From contig NC_003272.1 of NCBI RefSeq assembly GCF_000009705.1, positions 4,830,001-4,862,000 of the forward strand: DNA of 32,000 nt, read 5' to 3'. The position numbers were made by a program, and so were the translations under genes. Origin of the DNA: Nostoc sp. PCC 7120 = FACHB-418 (GTDB lineage Bacteria; Cyanobacteriota; Cyanobacteriia; Cyanobacteriales; Nostocaceae). Numbering within the stretch: position 1 is the stretch's first letter; each line of letters starts with the position of its first letter. The notes beneath the pieces are model-generated. The model was given only the letters and a program-made list of their open reading frames with translations. It did not search any database and had not been told where the DNA came from. Positions 26,281 through 32,000 of the stretch are shown one piece after another.

Positions 26281-27483
26281 ATGATAAAACTCCCACACAA
26301 AAAACCAATCATTTTCTTCTGTCAATTATTCCTCATAGCCACCCTCATCATCGCTTGTCATCAGACCACAATTCACACATCAACTAATACCTGCACCCCC
26401 AACTATAACCCCAATCAAGATTACTTTCCCAATAAAATCAAAATCACCCACGCCAGAGGTTTGGCGGTAGAATATCACAAACATTACAAAGTAGTCACTA
26501 TTAAAAACCCTTGGCAAAATGCCAAAACTCAGTTTCAATATGTTTTAGTCCAATGCGGAACTCCCACACCCCAAGGATTTAAGCAGGCGCAAGTAATTAC
26601 AGTTCCCATTCACTCTATAGTTTCTCTATCAACTACACATCTACCCCACCTAGCCAAATTAGGCGTAGTTGATAAACTAATTGGTATTAGTAATAGTAAA
26701 CAAGTCAATACTCCTGATGTAGTTGAGAGAATCAAAGCCGGAAAGATTACACAAGTAGGTAATAATTCTAATGTAGACATAGAAAGGTTATTAGAATTAA
26801 ATCCTGACTTAGTAACAACTTTTGGAACAGGAAATTCCCAAACTGATAGTTATAGCAAACTCACGGAGGCAGGTTTGAAAGTCGGGATAAATGCTGAATA
26901 TATGGAAGATACGCCATTGGGAAGAAGTGAATGGTTGAAATTTACGGCTTTGTTTTTTAATCAAGAAGAAAAAGCAGAAAAGATATTTGCAGAAATTACT
27001 GATAAATATGAACAAGTAGCTCAAAAAGTCAAATCTGTAAAAAACCGTCCAACAGTATTTGTCGGATTTAACTTTAAAGGTACTTGGTTTATGCCTGGTG
27101 GGAATAGTTACGTAGCGAAATATCTTGCTGATGCTGGAGGTGATTATCTCTGGAGTAATGAGCAATCTGCTGGTAGTCTACCGCTTTCTTTTGAAGTTGT
27201 TTTGGAACGTGCGACAAATGCTGACTATTGGTTGAATTTTAGCCAATCTTGGCAGAGTTTAAAAGATTTATTAGCTGAAGATAATCGCTATGCTGATTTT
27301 AAGTCTGTGAAAATAGGCAATCTTTATAATAATAATGCCCGTGTTAATGAAAGTGGAGGTAATGATTACTGGGAAGGTGGAATTAGTAACCCAGATATAG
27401 TTTTATCTGACTTAATTAGAATACTGCATCCAGAGATATTACCGAATCATCAATTATTTTATTACCACAAAATTCTTAAATAA
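26281..27483 (+). CDS. ABC transporter periplasmic substrate-binding lipoprotein, iron-chelate/cobalamin (BtuF/FhuD, Peripla_BP_2) class
   Basis: Start at the ATG at 26281 gives a signal peptide with a lipobox (LIATLIIAC). It has the typical SBP core (IVSLSTTHLPHLAKLGVVDKLIGIS ... LNPDLV). The upstream part of the track ORF translates the repeat element. Confidence 0.8.
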   Translation: MIKLPHKKPIIFFCQLFLIATLIIACHQTTIHTSTNTCTPNYNPNQDYFPNKIKITHARGLAVEYHKHYKVVTIKNPWQNAKTQFQYVLVQCGTPTPQGFKQAQVITVPIHSIVSLSTTHLPHLAKLGVVDKLIGISNSKQVNTPDVVERIKAGKITQVGNNSNVDIERLLELNPDLVTTFGTGNSQTDSYSKLTEAGLKVGINAEYMEDTPLGRSEWLKFTALFFNQEEKAEKIFAEITDKYEQVAQKVKSVKNRPTVFVGFNFKGTWFMPGGNSYVAKYLADAGGDYLWSNEQSAGSLPLSFEVVLERATNADYWLNFSQSWQSLKDLLAEDNRYADFKSVKIGNLYNNNARVNESGGNDYWEGGISNPDIVLSDLIRILHPEILPNHQLFYYHKILK

Positions 27484-28571
27484 TGTTAAGTGAAAAATAT
27501 AAATTTAAAAACTCTTTATTAACCCACAATTCTCAAATTATAAAAAGCCTTATTTTCTCAGTTTTATTAATAGGTTTACTATGTGCCTTTTTATTAGACT
27601 TAGCTTTAGGCTCAGTTGATATCCCTATCAACGAAGTAGTCAATATTTTACTCGGACAAGAACCAGAAAAAGCAACTCATGCTCATATTATTCTCAAATT
27701 TCGCTTACCTAAAGCTTTAACTGCAACTTTAGCAGGTGCAGCTTTAGGTGTGAGTGGCTTACAAATGCAAACCTTATTTAAAAATCCCTTAGCGGGGCCT
27801 TTTGTATTGGGAATTAGTTCTGGTGCAAGTTTAGGTGTGGCGTTAGTTGTGCTGACAGCAAGTGTAACAACACCAACATTATTAACAGATTTGGGAATCA
27901 TTAGTGATTTTGGTTTAGTTATAGCAGCAAGTCTCGGCGCAGCATCAGTTTTAGGGATGATGTTAGTTGTGTCTCGCCGAGTGCAAGACACAATGACGCT
28001 ACTGATTTTAGGTTTATTGTTTGGTTATGCTACTAGTGCAATTGTGAGTATTTTGTTGCAGTTTAGCTCAAAGGAACGCATTCAAAATTATATTATGTGG
28101 ACTTTTGGGAGTTTTGCTGGGGTGACTTGGAAACAGTTAATTGTTTTAATTCCAGTGATAGTTTTAAGTTTATTAGTGGCGGTGTTGCAATCGAAGTCTT
28201 TAAATGCGCTGTTATTGGGAGAAACTTACGCACGTAGTTTAGGCTTAACAGTACAGAAAACTAGATTTTCAATTATTACTAGTGCGTCTATATTAGCAGG
28301 GGCAATTACGGCTTTTTGTGGCCCTATAGCATTTCTAGGTGTGGCTATTCCCCATCTGTGCCGTAGTTTATTTAATACTTCCGACCATAGAATGTTAATC
28401 CCTAGTGTAATAATTATGGGTGCAATCTTAGCATTAATTGCTGATTTGTTTTCTCAACTTTGGGTAAGTCAGATGGTTTTACCTTTGAATGCAATTACTG
28501 CTTTAATTGGTACTCCTGTTGTAACTTGGGTAATTCTGCGGCGTAATTCCCAAAAATCTTTCCCGTCATGA
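27483..28571 (+). CDS. FecCD/BtuC-family ABC transporter permease
   Basis: 362 aa, about 9-10 TM segments, motifs RLPKALTATLAGAALGVSGLQMQ and GPIAFLGVAIPH. The start overlaps the SBP stop (TAATG). Confidence 0.9.
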   Translation: MLSEKYKFKNSLLTHNSQIIKSLIFSVLLIGLLCAFLLDLALGSVDIPINEVVNILLGQEPEKATHAHIILKFRLPKALTATLAGAALGVSGLQMQTLFKNPLAGPFVLGISSGASLGVALVVLTASVTTPTLLTDLGIISDFGLVIAASLGAASVLGMMLVVSRRVQDTMTLLILGLLFGYATSAIVSILLQFSSKERIQNYIMWTFGSFAGVTWKQLIVLIPVIVLSLLVAVLQSKSLNALLLGETYARSLGLTVQKTRFSIITSASILAGAITAFCGPIAFLGVAIPHLCRSLFNTSDHRMLIPSVIIMGAILALIADLFSQLWVSQMVLPLNAITALIGTPVVTWVILRRNSQKSFPS

Positions 28572-29581
28572 GTAATCCAATTTTAACAACTCACAATCTG
28601 ACTATTGGTTATAAAACATCCAGAAAAAATGTTCGGTGTGTTGCATCAGATATTTCGGTATCTCTGCAATCTGGGGAAATGGTTTGCTTACTTGGCCCCA
28701 ATGGTGCGGGTAAGTCTACATTACTGCGATCGCTCGCCGGAATGCAACCCCCAATAGCCGGAGAAGTCCGACTCTTAGGCGAAAACGTCTATCATTTACA
28801 ACCACAGAACTTAGCCAAACGTATGAGTTTGGTACTGACTGAGAAAGTTGATGTAGGAATGCTATCAGCCTACACTTTGGTGAGTTTGGGACGACATCCT
28901 TATACTGACTGGTGGGGGAGGTTAACTCCTGAAGATGAAGCAATAGTACATTGGGCGATAAAATCTGTAGGAGCAGTACACTTAGCACAACGCCAAGTCA
29001 GTGAATTAAGTGATGGTGAACGCCAAAAAATTATGATTGCGCGTGCTTTGGCGCAGTCGCCGATGGTGATGTTATTGGATGAACCGACGGCATTTTTAGA
29101 TTTACCACGGCGGGTGGAAATTATGCAATTGTTGCGTCAATTAGCACGAGAAACTAATCAAGCAATTCTCCTTTCTACCCACGATTTAGATTTAGCTTTG
29201 CGGCTTGCTGATAAAGTTTGGCTATTATCAACTGGTGGAATTTTACAGGTTGGCGCACCTGAAGATTTGGTGTTAAGTGGTGCTTTTGCTGATACTTTCC
29301 GCAGTGAAGGTGTGGAGTTTGATATGTTTTCTGGGGAGTTTCATTTACATACACCAGTCAAGGGAGAAATTAATTTGATAGGTGAAGGTATCGCATCTGT
29401 GTGGACTATTCGTGCTTTAAAACGTGCAGGCTTCCAAGTTAATCAAACTCAAAATAATTTGCCAATCTCAGTAGAAGTGATATCAAATTCTCAACAATTT
29501 TTGTGGAAAATCACAAACAGCCAGACTGTATATATTTATCAATCATTGTCTGAAATGATTAAATTTTTGGATTGTTTATAA
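28568..29581 (+). CDS. ABC transporter ATP-binding protein (FecE/BtuD-like) with an ~80-aa C-terminal extension
   Basis: Walker A GPNGAGKST, signature LSDGERQ, Walker B MVMLLDEP, H-loop STHDL. An ATGA stop/start overlap links it to the permease gene. Confidence 0.9.
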   Translation: MSNPILTTHNLTIGYKTSRKNVRCVASDISVSLQSGEMVCLLGPNGAGKSTLLRSLAGMQPPIAGEVRLLGENVYHLQPQNLAKRMSLVLTEKVDVGMLSAYTLVSLGRHPYTDWWGRLTPEDEAIVHWAIKSVGAVHLAQRQVSELSDGERQKIMIARALAQSPMVMLLDEPTAFLDLPRRVEIMQLLRQLARETNQAILLSTHDLDLALRLADKVWLLSTGGILQVGAPEDLVLSGAFADTFRSEGVEFDMFSGEFHLHTPVKGEINLIGEGIASVWTIRALKRAGFQVNQTQNNLPISVEVISNSQQFLWKITNSQTVYIYQSLSEMIKFLDCL

Positions 29582-29717
29582 AGTACTGTCTCTATATTCC
29601 ATCTAACCTGATTATGTATTAGTGGGGTAATTGGTCATAAGAATGGGGTGTGGGGAGTTGTGAGTGTGTATTTGCTGTATTTCGTCTCCCTTACACCCAG
29701 TCCCCAATCCCCAGTCC

Positions 29718-29936
29718 CTAATCAATCGATATCGACTGAGGGCCACTGGCTTTGCCATTATGTGCGTCAGTTACGGGAAAAGAATAACTGTTAACGCCTC
29801 TTTGCTTATCTAACCAGCTTTTAACGGGATCATCAGCCAAGTTGAGTCTCAACACTCCAGAGGCAAATCCACCCAAAAAAGAGGCTGGATGTTGGACTAA
29901 TTGTTTGAATATGGGTGACAGTTCATCAATGAACAT
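29718..29936 (-). CDS. Small conserved hypothetical protein
   Basis: 72-aa ORF downstream of and co-directional with nrdJ. No recognisable motif. It begins with ATG and is bordered by repeat sequence. Confidence 0.4.
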   Translation of the reverse strand: MFIDELSPIFKQLVQHPASFLGGFASGVLRLNLADDPVKSWLDKQRGVNSYSFPVTDAHNGKASGPQSISID

Positions 29937-30036
29937 TTAAATTTCTCCTGATGTTGGTGTAAAAATATCAAATCTTCATCAATCTTAACGTGTAAATTCA
30001 GGTAGGTTTTCAGAGAAGCCAATAGTCATTACTTGA

Positions 30037-30169
30037 GGACTTACGCATGAAAACGAAAAATCAAGGGTTTGGAGAAGGGTATAGGGGTGTCAATGTTTAA
30101 AATCCTTACACCCCTATATCCTTACCCTCTTATACCCAGTCTTAACAGGAAACCTGGGTGTGTAAGTCC
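30037..30169 (+). mobile_element. MITE-like dispersed repeat, copy 2, with terminal inverted repeats GGACTTAC / GTAAGTCC and an internal hairpin
   Basis: TIRs lie at 30037-30044 and 30162-30169. An internal palindrome pairs gggtataggggtgt with acacccctatatcc. It is the reverse-complement match of 14341-14450. Confidence 0.75.
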
Positions 30170-30195
30170 TATACTTTTGACTATTGACTTTGGAA

Positions 30196-32000
30196 TTAAT
30201 TAGGACTTTGTTCAGGCATCATGCACTTATCAGAGTCACAACCGGCTGGGCCGACTTCCATTAAATCGCCGAAATCGTAGCGACTTAAGACGGCGTAAAA
30301 ATCATCTGTTTTACGACGTTGTACAACTTCTTTCACCATTTGCTCATACTGTTCTTTTGAGATTGGCTCAAATGGTAAACGGGGGAAGGTTTGGTGGTCA
30401 TCGAATCTGGCGAGGAGTGCTGCACTGATGTAGCCTTCATCATTTTGAATGGCTTGCCAGATTTGTGTGCCTAAGGTTTCCACTTCGTGTTCTCGCACTT
30501 CGATGGTTGCAGATGTGTTGTGGGTGACATAGAATTTCTGCACCTGCATATAGAAATCCATTTGGGCGATCGCATTAAATTTGCTAATGTCGATGGTATC
30601 CGCCCCCGGTATATCAGCCCAAGATACAGCCACGGGGATTTCTACTAACCATTCACTCACCCGTGGATCTAACGGATCGTTCAGCAAATTACCCTGTTCA
30701 TCCTTGTCTGACTGGGAAGGTATGACATTGTAACCGTAGTCAATACAAGCCAAAGCCACCGGGTCATTTTTGCGGAATGTAATCCGACGAATAAACCTTT
30801 GAGCTTTGGGGGGATGCCAACCGGGACTAGCACCAGTTAATAAAGACTTTGTGCCACTAGGTTGGACGGTGGTACAGCGATTTGGACGCTTAATGTTATG
30901 GCGATCGCAATAATCCCACACAACACGCTGCACAATCTCGCGCCAAGAACTGAGGTATTTTTCTTCCTCGCGCTTAAATGCCAATCCTTGGGGCGTTGCT
31001 GGTCGTCCTGCTTCCCACCATTGCAGCCACTCTGCACCAAAAGCATGAACAAAGAAATCAAATAAACCAGTGAAAGAAACACCGACAATGGGGTCTAGTT
31101 CCCGACTATATTGATAACGCGGTTCTGGGAATTTGTGATTTAACAGTGTCGCTACAGACAAAGCCCCAGCAGTGAAGGCCTCCTCTTGTTCTTTGTAATT
31201 AAATGGGTCAATTTGATTTAAGTGGATTTCCGATAAGTTGCAGTGAAAATTGCTACCTATTATTTCTCCGCACGGATTTAAAGCATAACGAGCCAAACGG
31301 TGTTTTAGCTCTTTTTCATCAAAATGAGGGTGTCGTTTTTGCAACCAGTCTTTAGCCGTTCCTTGTTCATAAGCTTTGAGAAACTCTACTTTCAAAGCTT
31401 GTGTTGGTAGTAAATCAATATTGGCTCTAGCTACAGCTTCACCAGCCCATTGAATTGCCCCTTCGCCACTGTAGTATTGTTTACGTACAGCATCAACGCA
31501 CTCTTCTAATGTGGGCTTGCGGTGAAAGACTCTGGTGTGGTTCGCCATCCGCAAAGAATCACGCTCAGGATCAATACGCCATCTGCCATTTTCATCTTGC
31601 TGCCATAGGTTATCTTTGGCAGCTGCCCCTAATTGGTCATCAGAGATGAACTGACGCATTCCGGCACTGTTATGTGTGAGATAGCCGTCGCAGTAGAAGC
31701 AATGAGCTTCATCGACTTCTATATCATAGGTTTGAACATGATCGTAACTGCCTAATCCTTTCACTGTGACAGGAATATCTAAGGAAATATCTGCCTCAGC
31801 AACGTAGCGTTCGTAATTAGCATCTACAGTACGGGAGCCTTGAAATCCCATCTCGCGCATTTCGCTGTAGGTGTAAGTTTCCCGCATGACTGCACCAGGA
31901 ACGGTAAAACCATACATTTTCAGGCCTTGACGTAGTTCACCTTTAGCTGAATGCGGCGAAATCAGGGCATTGTAACGCTCCTTTAGCGCTGGAATTGTCA
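30196..32000 (-). CDS. nrdJ: Adenosylcobalamin-dependent (class II) ribonucleotide reductase, C-terminal part, containing an intein (5' end outside the window)
   Basis: TVQPSGTKSLLTGASPGWHPP and CGEIIG..FHCNLSEI motifs of monomeric-type class II RNR, plus a C-terminal CDSDKC redox pair. The frame is open upstream of the track ATG all the way to position 32000. Confidence 0.9.
   Translation of the reverse strand, partial: TIPALKERYNALISPHSAKGELRQGLKMYGFTVPGAVMRETYTYSEMREMGFQGSRTVDANYERYVAEADISLDIPVTVKGLGSYDHVQTYDIEVDEAHCFYCDGYLTHNSAGMRQFISDDQLGAAAKDNLWQQDENGRWRIDPERDSLRMANHTRVFHRKPTLEECVDAVRKQYYSGEGAIQWAGEAVARANIDLLPTQALKVEFLKAYEQGTAKDWLQKRHPHFDEKELKHRLARYALNPCGEIIGSNFHCNLSEIHLNQIDPFNYKEQEEAFTAGALSVATLLNHKFPEPRYQYSRELDPIVGVSFTGLFDFFVHAFGAEWLQWWEAGRPATPQGLAFKREEEKYLSSWREIVQRVVWDYCDRHNIKRPNRCTTVQPSGTKSLLTGASPGWHPPKAQRFIRRITFRKNDPVALACIDYGYNVIPSQSDKDEQGNLLNDPLDPRVSEWLVEIPVAVSWADIPGADTIDISKFNAIAQMDFYMQVQKFYVTHNTSATIEVREHEVETLGTQIWQAIQNDEGYISAALLARFDDHQTFPRLPFEPISKEQYEQMVKEVVQRRKTDDFYAVLSRYDFGDLMEVGPAGCDSDKCMMPEQSPN
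31669..32000 (-). other. Intein (C-terminal portion) inside nrdJ; splice junction ...THN/S at 31669/31668
   Basis: Intein block F/G signature TYDIEVDEAHCFYCDGYLTHN followed by a +1 Ser. The codons were checked by hand: AAC at 31671-31669 and AGT at 31668-31666. Confidence 0.85.

Noticed and set aside
26121-26312. The Arg-rich antisense ORF 26121-26312(-) and the 5' extension 26170-26280 of the SBP ORF
   Set aside because: Both are translations of the dispersed repeat copy B. The SBP has a proper lipoprotein signal peptide starting at 26281.
26809-28988. Track ORFs 26809-27165(-), 27683-27991(-) and 28716-28988(-)
   Set aside because: They are antisense shadows within the SBP, permease and ATPase genes.
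30837-31649. Track ORFs 30837-31088(-), 30862-31065(+) and 31455-31649(+)
   Set aside because: They are out-of-frame or antisense within nrdJ.

Overview
This window looks like chromosomal DNA from a heterocyst-forming cyanobacterium of the Nostoc/Anabaena type. By my hand count it has 20 exact HIP1 octamers (GCGATCGC). STRR-type heptamer arrays fill most intergenic spacers, and the Nostocales opc operon (fbp-tal-zwf-opcA) is present. From memory and unverified, the gene order matches the alr4009-all4035 neighbourhood of Anabaena/Nostoc sp. PCC 7120. Positions 1-7.3 kb hold housekeeping genes: a desaturase-family 3' end, a Crp-family regulator, an SDR, AroH chorismate mutase, SppA, an MlaE permease and conserved cyanobacterial hypotheticals. 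Positions 7.5-21.4 kb form one long minus-strand array. It contains opcA-zwf-tal-fbp, an RRM RNA-binding protein, cytochrome bd oxidase cydAB, an MFS exporter (schE-like) and an AMIN-domain TonB-dependent transporter (iacT-like). The most interesting region is 21.9-29.6 kb. It starts with a clear cobalamin riboswitch, followed by a long leader carrying a repeat insertion and then a DUF1636-like Cys-rich protein. Next come an 18/19 match to the classical Fur box and a BtuB-sized TonB-dependent receptor whose 709-codon frame is interrupted by a single in-frame TAA. After that is a 290-aa protein with an unassigned N-domain fused to a thioredoxin-like [2Fe-2S] ferredoxin domain. The region ends with a lipoprotein SBP, a FecCD permease and an ATPase carrying an unusual C-terminal extension. 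The island is visibly AT-richer and lacks HIP1 sites. Convergent on it is a B12-dependent class II ribonucleotide reductase (nrdJ, 5' end outside the window) that carries the C-terminal splicing blocks of an intein. Several dispersed MITE-like or hairpin repeat families are present. No tRNA or rRNA genes, CRISPR arrays or transposase genes were seen. All motif coordinates were counted by hand and should be re-verified computationally.
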